This document shows positions 1-13,545 of a stretch of 64,000 bases of DNA, piece by piece. The notes under the pieces are model-generated. The model was not told the DNA's origin. It worked only from the letters and a program-made list of their open reading frames with translations, and did no database searches. Position 1 is the first letter of the stretch, and each line of letters begins with the position of its first letter. The translations under genes were made by a program, and so were the position numbers. Origin of the DNA: Bigelowiella natans CCMP2755 (Eukaryota; Protista; Cercozoa); the NCBI GenBank assembly GCA_000320545.1, contig ADNK01000008.1, forward strand, positions 20,356 through 84,355. Reading direction: 5' to 3'.

Positions 1-414
1 GGTCTGAACGCTGCTGCTGCTGCTGCAGCTGCGGCTGCGGCTACTGTTGTTCCAGACGCCGCCGCAGTCAAAGGGACTCCACCGAAGAAGCTGAAGCAAC
101 AAATGAAGCAGTCAATTTCAGGAGTATTTGGACGATGCCCCAAATTCCCACGACAAAGGAAGCGACCGCGTGCCTTTGTTAATAGTTCAGTGAAGCTGGT
201 AGATAACAGAGAGTACAAGCTGTACCATAGTAAGAGGAAGATACGCCGTACACCTTCACCAATAAGCGATTTCGAGGAATATAGAAACGGTAGCGGATCT
301 CCCACACACTGCTCGACTCAAAATGAAAATTCTTCGTTACCTTCATCTTTATGGGAGAGATTCGCAGCATCTGGTGAGCCAATTAGCCCGTCCACCGCAT
401 CGCCGCTTAATTAG
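1..414 (+). CDS. 3' end of an unknown protein-coding gene (Ala/Ser/basic low complexity), truncated by the window start
   Basis: The frame is open from base 1 through ORF 103..414 to TAG and is followed by an RY-rich 3' intergenic region. No domain recognised. Confidence 0.5.
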   Translation, partial: GLNAAAAAAAAAAATVVPDAAAVKGTPPKKLKQQMKQSISGVFGRCPKFPRQRKRPRAFVNSSVKLVDNREYKLYHSKRKIRRTPSPISDFEEYRNGSGSPTHCSTQNENSSLPSSLWERFAASGEPISPSTASPLN

Positions 415-1015
415 ATTTCCCACCCACTTCATTCCTTGGTCTTGATTTCAGCATACATACATATATTGTCTGTTATTATCAATTTGTCACAAGCTCAACC
501 GTTATCATATCATGAAGATGCGCGTGTCTGAGCGCATACAGCTAGAGCGCGCAATGCGACCATTGAATCTGCATTATTAAGTGTGTCTATTGATCTAGAG
601 GTGTACGTTCGTATGCAAACGAGTAGGCCACGTTGTCATTACTTGACACGTGCTTGATATGATTCATGGCTACGCTGCAACAACGATAATGCAATAACGA
701 TGCAGGCTCGCACCACATCGCAATGCGTACGCATGCATGACATCTCGCATGCGTATAGCGACATGCTTGCTAATAATATTGCAGGTATATATATAATGTC
801 TATTTGTTTTGCTTATAGCGCATTTTAATTGATCCTGCAAACATCGTAATGCGGCCAATGATTTCTACTAATGTGGTTACACTAAAAAAAGTTTCATGCG
901 CATCTTCTATCATTTTTCAATTTGAATTCTCTGCTTTCGTAACTTAAGTCTGATCTTTACTCTCCCCTCCATTTGTTTCAGGAGCTACTTCCTTGCTTTC
1001 ATTCCTTAGTTTACC

Positions 1016-1052
<37 letters not shown>

Positions 1053-1095
1053 TTCGCCTCAGTAATCAATTAACATATATCATGCGAACAGAACT

Positions 1096-4000
1096 TTATC
1101 TTCTACTTAAGACCTAAAAACTTTTCGCAGTATGAGATAGCGACGTCCAACTGACAACCCGATTTCACTTTCCCTTCCTTGTCTATTTATTGAAATGAGT
1201 ACCGTGGGGGCTCTGTTCAGGACTCAAACACAAAATTCACCATCACCTTTTGCTAATTCGAGGTTAAACATCTCACTCAGCGATCCACTGAATAAAAATA
1301 CAGTGATTTCAAGAACCAACAATAATTTGTGAATCTGTCTATCGAGCTGAACGGGATGTACCATTCTTGGAATTTGCTGAGAGATAATCTTGCCTGGCCT
1401 AAGGTCCTGCCCATGATAGCCCCGGCGGTTCCCAATTCGAATATCAAAGCTCCGCTCTGGTCGTACGTAGTAACGGCTTTAGGTAACACCACTCTAAGAA
1501 GGCGGAAGTAGTGGAATCTTCTATCTTCGCTATCACCTTGAGTGAGGCATTTTTGAATCGAAAAGTTTCAAACCAAGTACATTTGCTTGCACTGGCTGCG
1601 GACGTTCGTTGGGTCTCCGTTTGTGTCCCATTAGAAGCCAAATGCACCTATTTTAAAAGAAAACAACGAGTCTTGAAATTGCTCATCTAACCATGGAAGC
1701 TCTATCAACCTTGACAAAGTAGCCTCTTCCGTGCGCATTTGCATGAGATTTCATCAGCTGTTATAGTTTGCGTGATCATTGTAAGCACATGTCATCTTCG
1801 TATAAAACCCTCCAAACGTTACGACGAGTCAGTATTGACTTACCGCTCCTTGGACTTCGACGTTGAGAGGCACCTCATCAAGAGCGAAAAGCTAGTAGGA
1901 GAACATACACGTCATTATAATGATATCATAAGGTGTGTCATCCTCACTATTCTGGCTCTTGCCTTGGCTACAATGTGGAGCAAGAACAAGATGTCTCACT
2001 GCCGTCGCCGCTTCTTATACGCTATGTCATTCTCAGATGTTAACAACCTTGGATACTGCAGCCATTCGTGTACACTTGTCCTTTCAAACCGGAGTATTGC
2101 CAGTGAGATAGCAGCAAACATATGCGTTATTATTGTGAAAATAATACCCATGCGACGTCTCTTTTAAAGCGCACGAAGGTGTCACTCTCGACCATGAATT
2201 GAACCTCTTTTTTACCTAACAATAGATGGGGAGCAGCACGCGCAGCATTAATGTATGACGATGAGATCTTCTTCTATCGAGACATTCTGCTATTATTCTG
2301 CTACGAATACATTTTTCCAAGCTCGAGAGCATCTCCTCCATGCTTCCCCCATTCAGGATACTAAAGTTTGAATATGAGAAAATCAGCGGGGGGGGGCGCT
2401 TTAAGTGGTATTCATTCATTCAACTGGAATCGTCGTTACCTATTTTGCGCTGCCTTGACGGCACTAGAACTTAGGTTCACGGGCCTCTCTCCCTAAGATA
2501 ATACTTGCATGTCACGCATCGAAGAGTGAGCAAGCGTCACAAATTCAGGCGCTATCACACCATGGTGTCGATGTATCTGTTGTATATTGATCGAGCTTCG
2601 AGCATCATTTCCTGATTCGATTTACAGCACAATCACAGCACAACTGAATAATCGACACAGTACTGACGAACGGGATATCATAGTTTGTTACTCGTATTTT
2701 TTGCATCGATCTCTCGTGAAATGCATGTGCCTCCTCCAAGAATCTGAAACCAGACAAGCTTTCATTCAACAATGGTCTCAGAAGTTTTGAGATCTGTGTC
2801 TGCTGACCTTACGTTCTCGTCGCTGCGCTCAGATAGAGAGAATTTTTTAAAATACTTCAAGCCTACTTTCGTACCGATGACATCTCCAAGTGTACTCTTT
2901 GCATCGAGGCTAACCCCTAAGCCTTCCATGCCTTCGTGATGATTTAGCGAATAAACTTCATTCATATAAAAAAATTAAATATGGCTTTGTACTTTGAGAT
3001 GTTTTGAGACGGGGTCCATTGACACTCGACCTGCTTCTGTAAATTATAATGATAGTTACATAATCACACACTGTACATCTAACAAATTGGGAAGGTACTT
3101 CTTGAGTTCGGAGATGTCTTGCCGTGACATACGTCTTGATATTCCAACCAGTGTTGCGGCTTTAATATTTGACTAATAAAGTTCAGAGATTGTTGAATGT
3201 TGTTTGATTCTTTTCAGTTAACGGTATCTTACCCTCCCAAACAACATCTGAGCTGCTTTCCCCCTGATATCCTTCTGGAGGGGTATGTAAAGCTCTATTT
3301 CAGTGGAGGTGAATAAAATTAAACAAAAAACTTCGCGGACCAAGTTTTTTTCTGTATTCGTTTGCGCAGATCGGTCCTGCTCAAGTTCCTTAGAAGTTGA
3401 AAAATTATTTAAGGAAGCTTTCTTTCATAAAGAGATTTATATTACCTGGATGGCAAGGTCGATCTCATGCGCATTGGCTCCTGTCATTGACTGTATCTAC
3501 GTTTCATGTTTGCAAAAAGGTAATTGCGTAACATTGTTGCTGTCAGGCTATTAGAATACCACTTTTTATCAAAAATACCTTTGAGCTAGACCTCCGTCTC
3601 TTCTGCTGTGTAAAAAGTGGAACTTAGGAATTATCTATAGAAGGTTCTGAATGCGTACGTTTAGCAAGGATGACGCATCGCTGTCGATTGAAATCATCGA
3701 TGATGAAAGATCCTGCAGAAAGGTGAAATGTCAGAAATCGTTTCAGTAGGCGATGCCAAAGGTTGCTACCGACGCCCTCCCGGACGAAAGGCTGCTTCTG
3801 CTCTCGCTGTGCCTATCCATGTATGTGCCCCCTCCCCTTATATGTATCGATCAGGACAATGTCGTTTAGAAAAGTCGACGTAATTTTGAGTTCAAAATAT
3901 ATGTGTATATCTACCTGCGACATACGTAGATCGGGTGAAAATTGAGAAATGCCGATTGCCCTCAGCTGGGCATCATTAATGTAAGGTGACAATAGCCGTA

Positions 4001-4600
4001 ATTATGGAGTTACGACATCCAAATAGTGTTGTCACAGACAAAAAACTAGCACTTTTGAATCTCGGATCATAATCCTAATGTGATACCTTTCTCTTATATG
4101 ATCGGGAATATCCATGCCGTTTGTAACCTACGACATCCGGTTATAGGTTGGTCGCATGTGGGGAATCCTTCCCATTTGGAAATTACGACAACAGAGTCTC
4201 CCCCTCCATGGCTGCAGTAGGACCGACGATGATGATCGGGGGAGGTGACTGAAATTGCGTTGTGAGAGTCTGGCGAGGGGAAATGCCGATTCCCCGCAAT
4301 CATTCTACCCAGTTTAGAAGAGAAACTCGAGTTTTGGTGGTGGTAGCTGTGATCTGTACGTGCTGCACTTCTCTGGGAAGGAACAAAGCAAACGTGGAGG
4401 GGAGCGTCCAGGTATTAAAAGCCGCCATCTTGAATATTTGTGTAGGATTCTGCGCTCATTTTGATCGTCAGGCGTCTGTGCAACCCATCTCTACCACTAT
4501 TTTCACTATTTCTCTTCTTCTCCATTCCCTCTCTTCCGTCGGAAGTTGCATGTTCTGCACGACTGAATTAAAGCATGATCATAATGGTCTTACACATTTA
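1096..4600 (-). CDS. Multi-exon RGS-domain protein with probable C-terminal C2 domain; 5' end uncertain
   Basis: Spliced exons at 2150-2900 read TLGDVIGTKVGLKYFKKFSLSERSDENVR|FLEEAHAF...EMMLEARSIYNRYID...PVNLSSSA...VQFMVESDTFVRFK, matching the RGS box (F..FL..E.SEEN..F; A..IY..YI; VNL; M..D...RF). Exons at 1330-1600 (WFETFRF...RTLGQARLSLSKFQEWYIPF) resemble C2 strands. A possible SAM-like segment INDAQLRAIGIS lies at ~3940-3985. Confidence 0.7.
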
Positions 4601-4822
4601 GGGATTCTACGCAAAGTTTGAGGGGTGGAAGGTGGAGAGCGACAGGCTTACGCGACAGGTGAGGGATTATAGAATCGACAGGGCTGATGATGAAAATTTG
4701 ACAGAAGTAACAATATATTGCAGTGTGAATATTGGGCTGGAAGACACAAAGCCACGCTTCGCAACTTGAGGGTTTGAATAAATCATTCACACGGAAATAT
4801 GTCCGATAAATAAGTTGAAAAT

Positions 4823-4858
<36 letters not shown>

Positions 4859-6144
4859 TTAAATACATATGTGCATATGTGGTGCAATTCTATGATCTAA
4901 TAGAAATCAATGCAAGCTGCGGAGCCATATTTCAAGGGTGCAGAAATAGATATAACTGGGAAATTTAAGGTTTCTTAATCCTTTACCTTTCATGATCCAA
5001 TTCCTAATAGTAAGGCAACCATGTTCATTTCTCGGGAGCACATATACGACCACATGTACCGTTAGGATCCATATGTAAGCACGCTTGACGTAGAATTGTC
5101 ACGGCTTTACGACGAATATATGAAGGTATAACAAACACTGAAGATTACAACTCTTGTAGGGTTCATTATGCATGTAATTGCAGGCAAAAGATGATTGGCA
5201 CGCCGCAAACAAGGCATGGGTCCTTCATGAGGCCAGGGTACAGCATACTGCCTCAGAACAAAAGAACTCGTTATTTCGTTCGTTTTTGTGACATTTTACA
5301 TAAATCAACTTCATCAGATGCCGGTTAGGAAAAAGCTTCCCTGGCCAAGGCCTTATCAGAAGGCAATGTTTGACTAGCAATAATCAATGGGAATCAAGTT
5401 TTCGCAATAACTGTTCGTTGATTTAGTCGCGCTGCTAAATAGCTCAACAGCTAATGTGATCCAGGCGTTATTATTAGCACAGCTGGGAATTATTTGAGTT
5501 AATTCTTCATTATGCCAATGACGACGACGCATGTCGACCGATATATAAGCATCTATGCAGATGTATACATCTACCACATTGTACAATAATTTTTGTCTTC
5601 TTTAATAATGCATTGGCTGTATGTTGCCTTGACGCCTTTACACAGCAGCTGAATAGATATCCTTGCTGCATGCAGTCATTCAGTTCTCATGAAACCAGAA
5701 ATGCTCGCAATATTTTTTAAAATTTGCCAGTGCGCATGCATATGTGTACGTTGTTTTGCTCCACAGTATATGTATGTGTTCATCTCTATAATGAAGACTC
5801 AGCAGCTGCGGTGCACGGTATGTATCGTATACAACCCCCCACACCCTGCTGCTAGATGCACACAGCTAGAAATGTATTCGCATACAATCATCGAATATCT
5901 AGTATGTTCTGGAATCATGATAATCTAAATAAATGGCGCTTTAAGCGCTGAATCAGCGTTGTTGTGCTTGGTGCTATAGCCTCTGCGATGGTAATATTTA
6001 CCAATGTACTCTGCGCGCCTTCCGTCCCATACCCAAACTCCCGCCCCTGCGTGGAACACACGAGAATGTAACCCATCAGAGTTAGATCAAGAGCATTATT
6101 GACTCATCGCGCGTGGTCGAAACCGGCAATTTAAGCACGGTTTC

Positions 6145-7289
6145 TCACGGACGTTTTTCTCGAGGAAGAGAAACATAAATTGTGCTTTGTATTCGGACGC
6201 ATATCGACATTTCGTACCAGCTCTGAGCTTGCCTCAAGTTTTGCCGTGTCTTGGTGATCCCAACTTGCTGTCTTGACACGAAGATAGCCGTCCCTAGGCC
6301 CAGAATGAGGATGTGGTACATCTGTGAAACCACCAAATGCAGCGCAACGACGATCCTACCGATCATCAACCGCGGAGTGATATCTCCAAACCTGAGAGTA
6401 ATGACACCGCAAAGGTATTTATGTCGCGCAAGAAGAGAGTAGGGAGAAAAAGAAGAGGCCTATCCACAGGGTGGCTGTTGTCGATGATTCTCCGTCCCTC
6501 ATTTGAGTGACCGAAAACATCGACAATATTTGTTCTGGAACACGTATTGAACTTGGTGGCCGTGCACCGGACAAGTACGCTCCATTAACGATGGGATGTT
6601 TTCAAATTTAAAAGTAATGATCATCATCTCAGAAGATCGCGGAAGATTGTTTCCACGACAAGACATCATGCGGTGGATCTTACTCAACCCCCCAGGAGGA
6701 GATGATCTCAAGGGCGGTGAGAGAATGTACGAATGTTCGCCTCAACGCTTTCCCGCCAGATCTATCCCTATCACACCTCCTCGACGACTTTTCGAGTACT
6801 AGTGAATAGAAACTTACCCCGTCGTGGTCATCGCAGTGAAGGAGAAGTAAAGCAGCTTCCACATTGCTGCAGTGATTGTCAAATCATCGAGCTGCTCGAC
6901 GAAAGGGATTTTGAATGCGTCCTAACGAAGATGAAAATGATGATGATGGTACTGGTGGTGGCGTCTTCCCTCCCCCCCCCCCTCCCCCCCCCTCTTCCTC
7001 TTCCTTATCATCATTGCCACTATCGCCCTGCAGCTTATGGTGCTTTCTTTACATCGAAACTTCGTTCTCATTCTTCCACCCCCCCACATCTATAATTCAC
7101 TCACACTCTCTTCTTTCTCAGCGAGGGAGAGAGGGGGGTCTACTACATGCGGAAGGCAACTACTACTTTATCAATGAGGAAAACCAACAAATAGACTCCG
7201 TCGAAAAGGACGATAATGGACAAGTAGCTTTGCACCAGGAATGACAACCCAATCTCAACGTGATCGTGCATCTATTTTTACATTATTTA

Positions 7290-7320
<31 letters not shown>

Positions 7321-7390
7321 CATCGTTGCATAGCATTCTGTGGATTATGTGGGTACATGCTAATGGCTGTGGTATCATCAAGCATCATTT

Positions 7391-7429
<39 letters not shown>

Positions 7430-7543
7430 CGATCAGAAGTCACTACAGCGAAGCGCTGATGAGGGTATTCCCATAAAATGTATGAATGCTCTTTGGTGAA
7501 TGTATTGCAGAGGATCGGAAAGAAAGTTAGCGATCATACGTAC

Positions 7544-7579
<36 letters not shown>

Positions 7580-8087
7580 CTTGAACGCGATTCGAAGGCT
7601 AACGGACAGTAGCAGCATCAGCAAGAACCCCTTGAAAATAGCAGTGTTGTCTTAGCATTGATATGATGAGAGAGACTCGCCATGCGCAATCTGCCCCTTT
7701 CCATTTGACGACGGAATAACACAGCACTCAACCAATGATGAGTGCAGTGCTGGCTGCAAGCTACTACGACGGACAGCAGCTGCGACAGCACGGTAGGTGC
7801 AAGGGAACATGCTACAAATACCCACTTACTTGTAGTATGCAGAGTGCCATAAACGCCGGTTTTGTAGCGACATAGGGCTGATGATGATGATGATGACGAC
7901 GATGACAAAAGAGGTTGCAGGGGGAAGAAAATAGGAGGCAGTCAATACGTGCGGTGTCTAAATGTAAATATTATGTTTAATATGTTATGTGATCCCCCTT
8001 CTCGCTGCAGCATCATCATCATCATCATCATCATCATCGTCACCACCATCCCAATTAGCATATTTGTTGTATCGCGCGGTGCTACTA

Positions 8088-8119
<32 letters not shown>

Positions 8120-8837
8120 ATTTGTGTTACTCACATCCTTGATGAGTGTGGGGTCCAACACCTCGATCAAGCACAGAGTCCCCACCTGAATACCGATCAC
8201 TACCAGGAGCAAGTAGGTGATGACGAATTTTCGCATCATCTCCACCCCGGGAACGTGGTGTCGGATCCAAGAAACCACGCGCCTACGTGTGGTTTGTATG
8301 TGTGAGTATGCGTGGTATGACGACGATTCAAAGAGAGCAGCAGCAGGAGGAGGAGGAGGAGGAGGGGGGGGGGAAGAGAATAACTTCACGACCGAATCGA
8401 TTAAACTTAGGATCCATATGTTTCTAGTGTTCATGCTTCCTGTACTTTTCATGTCAAGGGGGCGGGGGAGGGGGGGGGGGCTTATGTTATGACACGGTGC
8501 TACAAGAGGCAGCTTGTTATAGCTCCTCTTCTCCTGCTACCTGAAGAAGCCCATCTCGTAGTGATCTCGAAACTGAGAGACGACGTCTTCCCCCACCTGT
8601 CAGATGGAGAATGATGATGATGATGATGATGGTGATGATGATGGTGATGATCATGATGATCATAACAACGACACACCTGCGTCTGGAAGTAGTGCAAAGC
8701 CCAGCCGAAAATGACTACGGAGAATATCACTCCTGATAGACAGAAAGGTTGTAGGACGTACGACAAGGAATCATCGGAGTATTGAGAGTTGGCTTGCAAT
8801 GGACAGGAGCTAGATTCATCCATGGCGACGCATATTT

Positions 8838-8900
<63 letters not shown>

Positions 8901-9820
8901 AATTATATATGTGTTTGTGTGTGTCTGTGTGTGCAATATGCGTGTGTCAGCACCGACCTATGAGCATCTCAAGACAGCATAACATTTGGGCAGGTATTCC
9001 TCTGCAAATCACGTCCCCAAACCCAGCAGAGCTAAGGATGGTGATGGATCATACATCATCTATCTCTCACTTCTCGAATATGGCGAGACGACAACAGCAT
9101 AGAGCAAGAGGATCGAGTTCATCATCATCTCGACGATAGCGCAGATGATATGCATCGTCCTGCTATACGTGTCTTTGCAGGAAGGCGGCTATCACCAGCA
9201 TGCAACGTATCTTAAATAAAGAGCTACTCTACTCGATGATTGATGATGGTGCTGATGGTGATGACGCAGGAGAGTGTAAGTAAGAAAGCGTGTGATGATG
9301 ATGACAAAATGCTGCTGGCCCTACGTCAGAACGCTGAGAGAAAAGTATACAAAGCCGACGAGGACCCCGGGAACGTGTCCTTCCTGAGCAGTTGAGCAAA
9401 TTTAAGAAACAGAACGGGGGAGGAGGAGTGATGACAGGATGGCGAAGTAGGAGGTTAACGGGCATGTAACATCGTCAATAATGGAAGCTGCGATGCCTCG
9501 TGCCTCCCCCCCTCCCTCCCCCTTTTCCTCCTCCTTCTTTTTCTTCTTCTTCTTCTTCTCTTTTAACAATAGAAGCACGATAAAATTCATATTATTCACC
9601 ATTTGATGGAGAGTCAAAGCCTTCTTTCTCGAATTGTGGTCCTCTCCCACCCAACCCTGTCGAGATACGACGACGCACCATAGGTGGTGTGTATGGAGAA
9701 AGATATGGAAGACGAAGAAGAAGAAGAAGAAAAAGGAGAAGAAGGAAGAGAAGGAAAAGAAGCAGCAGCAGCGGCAACCAATCGACCCCGACATTAGTAG
9801 AATCATAGCAAAAAGCAGAA

Positions 9821-9851
<31 letters not shown>

Positions 9852-10246
9852 TACATCAACACGAAAGGCAGCAGGGTCCGAGATGAAGATGGCGAGATAT
9901 AGGAAGGAAAACCCCAACGCGAAGGCTAACCAGCCATTGACCAGTCGAGAAATCGATATCGGATTCCATTTAGTGATCTAATCACGAGGAGGAGGAGGAA
10001 CATAATTGTCACTTCAAGATGTTTCTTTTCCACATCTTTCATGCAAAAGGCATTCGCCGATCGGATATCATTAAATTGTGCACACACGTCGAGGATAAGC
10101 GTCCAGCCCGAGTAAAGGATTAAGTAGCCCTGAGAAGGGCAAGCAGGGAGGGGGGAGGACAATTCGGGTGATGATGATGATGATAATGATGATGATGATA
10201 CCACATTGAGTAGTTTTGGTAAGCTCTTCCTGCAACAACAGTGGTG

Positions 10247-10305
<59 letters not shown>

Positions 10306-10511
10306 TACTTGAGCTGCCACTAATAGGGTCGTGCAGAATGTACTTTTCCAGCCCTACCTCGCCAACAACAACAACATTATTTTAAGGTAACAATTAGCGC
10401 AATAACACCGTCATCGTCCCGCATCACCATCTTATTCGCATCGGTCGTGTACACAAATTTGAAGAAAATGGCGTGCGGAATGGGTGCAAGAATACTTGGT
10501 AGATCTTGCTC

Positions 10512-10546
<35 letters not shown>

Positions 10547-11506
10547 CTTTTTAAAACAACGGGAGAATGAAAACACCGAACCATGTGGACATTGCTCGTC
10601 TCGAATATCTCGGGGTCGAATGTTTGCAGCACGATGTACTCAGCCACTAATAAGACTAGACTCCAAAACGCGCTGGTGTTCCCCAAGAATCGAAGGACCG
10701 TATCTCGACATGACCTATGAACAACGAGGAGTTTCAACAATCGATAAGCATCGTGGTAGCCAGCTGGTTCGTACAACAACAAGTTTAGGACCAACTAAAC
10801 ACGTGCACAACAGCAGCAGTTTCAATATACGATGATGATGTTTTCGAGGGCGGAGAGCACGGATGGCCCTGGTATATGCACATGCAGGCACATGTCCCCT
10901 CTGCTTTCGTGTTTATGTGTAAGCTTATGTTTCGGAATCTGTAGCTAATTCATGACCACAGGATTCATGATGCAGCATCATACCCGTCGGTGTTCTTGTA
11001 TTCAAACCGATCTTCCCCGTCGTAGTCTGCCTCTTTCGAGAGCTAAATCAAACAAAATCATAAACCAAAAGTCAGCGGAAGGTTCTCCAAAGAAGAGCAA
11101 AATTGAGCTTAGCGAGTTGGCCGCACATCATCGAACTCTGTAATCCGAACGTCCTAAATTCGAATAAAGCAAATTATGAGAAAGAGAAAGGCACCGGACA
11201 AGTATTGTGTTGCTGTGTGAGATGAATTTCGTGGTCCGTAACAAACATCATATGTAGAGTAGCCGGGACGATTTATTCCATGGTCCGCTCCCGTTACGTG
11301 CATTTGGCCGCGTCCTCCTCCTCCCTATATCCCGGAAGCAAGATACTACAATGGGGAGCTGCTACGTAGTAGTGTCTTTTCGTCGGTAGCCATGCAAGAG
11401 AAATAGGCAGCGCGTGTGCTGTGTTTTTAAGACTTTGTGTGGTACGCTTTTTTAATTCATTAATTAATTTCATGGAAAACGGGTTGCTTATTTCTTCCTG
11501 TTCCAT
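6145..11506 (-). CDS. Two-pore-domain potassium channel, about 8 TM, tandem-duplicated (3TM-P-TM)x2
   Basis: Both pore loops are split by phase-2 GT-AG introns. P1 is FVYFSLSVLT|SAGFGDVIC (donor at 9325, acceptor at 9031). P2 is LLYFSFTAMTTTG|FGDITPRLMIGRIVVALHLVV (donor ~6818, acceptor ~6391). Pre-pore helices are ISRLVNGWLAFALGFSFLYLAIFISDPAAF and LSFLVQSYLSIIVLFDGVYLLVFLIDKDAF. Start MEQEEISNPF at 11506 is inferred. Confidence 0.85.
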
Positions 11507-13052
11507 TGTCGCTCTATAAAAACGCCATGTTTCGGAATGATCAAAGCGAAAGGGCGAAACACAGGAGATTCGTGTCGAAATTCCGTTATTACCGGGCATT
11601 CGACTCCTCATCACCGGGACGAGCCGCCCCCACCGTTTCGGATCGGTGTAACCTCCACACCAACCCACTCCCAAGCTGCTCAGAGATCTGGACGTTGAGA
11701 GCAAAGAAAGAGAGAGGGAGAAGGAGAGAGTCGTAGAGAGAGAAAAGACCCGCTCCGCCCTCCCTGGCCCAGTACTGCGCGTGATCGATCTTCCCCCTAC
11801 TTGAAACCGGGTGAGAGCCACCACCCAGCCCTCACTGAATAGATTTACACAGGTGTTAATGTGTAATCCTTACACTGATACGACTGATCATTTTGTCGCA
11901 GCAGCTGAATTTGAGGGGGAGCACCGTCCGTAAAAGATGATCCCTACATTCCAGATCTCGCTCGACTCACCAATCATGCATGGATTGGTAAGAATTCATC
12001 CATCACATGTTCTTCTGTTTACTTCTCCCCTCACAACGGGGTTACTTACTTACTTACTTACTTACTGACAACCTGTGTCAGGTGACCATCGGCAAGTTCG
12101 ATGGAAAGCATCCTTCACTGGCGTGTGCTACAGGGGCAGCCAACATACTAATCCACAGCCCCCATTTGCGCCATTCTGACGAGAATGTGAGCACAATTTC
12201 GAAATATTGCCATGAAAGCATATGTCTTAGCATGGATCTTATTCCGTTCGTTTCGAGCGCTAACTTTGAGCTTCTCGACCCATCAGCAAGAGGTGCGGCA
12301 ATTGGATGTCAACCGCCGCATTTCTGCCCTTACCTCGGGAGAATGGCCTCTTCCGACGATCACGTTTGACTCTGAGGCTTCGAGTGAAAAAATGAAGTCT
12401 CTCAGCGTTGATGCGATAGAACAGATGCAATCCAAGGTGAGAAATGTGCGGTGTTCGGTATCATGATCACTGAGAGGAACGTGTGCGGCCAAGACAGGCA
12501 GATGATCAACGTCGAATCAAATGCCATGATGAACCCTAATGCTTCTTGCTTTGTACATACCATTTCTATATAATATATAAATACATATATATTATCACGC
12601 TCCATTATGCTGATATGTCATTATCTATTGCGTGTATTGCTGCGAAAAGAGTGATGAACCATTAAGGCGTACTGGACGACAAGTGAAGGAAAAGACTCGG
12701 TATGGATATATTTCACTATGAAAGAGCCGGCTTCGAATCTCACCACCAATACACTTACCGACGATGATGATTCAATTGAGAAACAACATATTTCTATCGT
12801 GTCCCAGGCGCCACGCACTGCTAGTGGGGACTCAAGCAAACCTGCTGTGCTACGACGTGGAAGAGAACTCTGATCTCTTCTACAAAGACTGCCCTGAGGG
12901 GCTGAATACGATTGCATTTGGGACGATCCCTGGAATGAAAGAGCCGCTCACCATCGTAGGGTGAGAAGAGAAATAGAACTACTTTCTGCTGTAAGCTTTG
13001 TTGACTAACCCCCCTCCATTTATTCAAGATGTACCACGTATACACACAAAAA

Positions 13053-13101
<49 letters not shown>

Positions 13102-13502
13102 ATATGATTTACTTGTGCAGAGGAAGTTGCTCCTTACAGGGATTTGACCACGAAGGTGAATTCGCAGCAACACTACACACTTCACGCCTCCATAGTGATA
13201 TTCTGGGAAAAACGAGATCTTTCTTAAAATGATGTTTGTTTGTCCTTACGACAAAATAATGCAAAAAGGAAGATTCTTGATTGAGCACAATCGGCTACTT
13301 TGCTGCCGTGTTTTGTGCCTTTTCTTTTCAGATTCTTTGATTCTCATTCCTTTTAGATGTACGATAATTCACATTTTGCTCTTGTCGTGGCGCAGTAAGT
13401 GGCGTGATGTTGGTATGATCATGTTCAGGAAATGAGATGTTTTGGACGGTCACAGGAGATAACGTTACGGTCTGCTGCAACCACCATCATTTCATTAACA
13501 CA

Positions 13503-13545
<43 letters not shown>

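Noticed and set aside
1096-11506. A single 7TM-RGS receptor formed by the membrane-protein exons plus the RGS exons on the same strand
   Set aside because: The TM exons contain two K+ selectivity filters and end at a stop near 6145. About 1.5 kb of non-coding-looking sequence separates them from the RGS gene.
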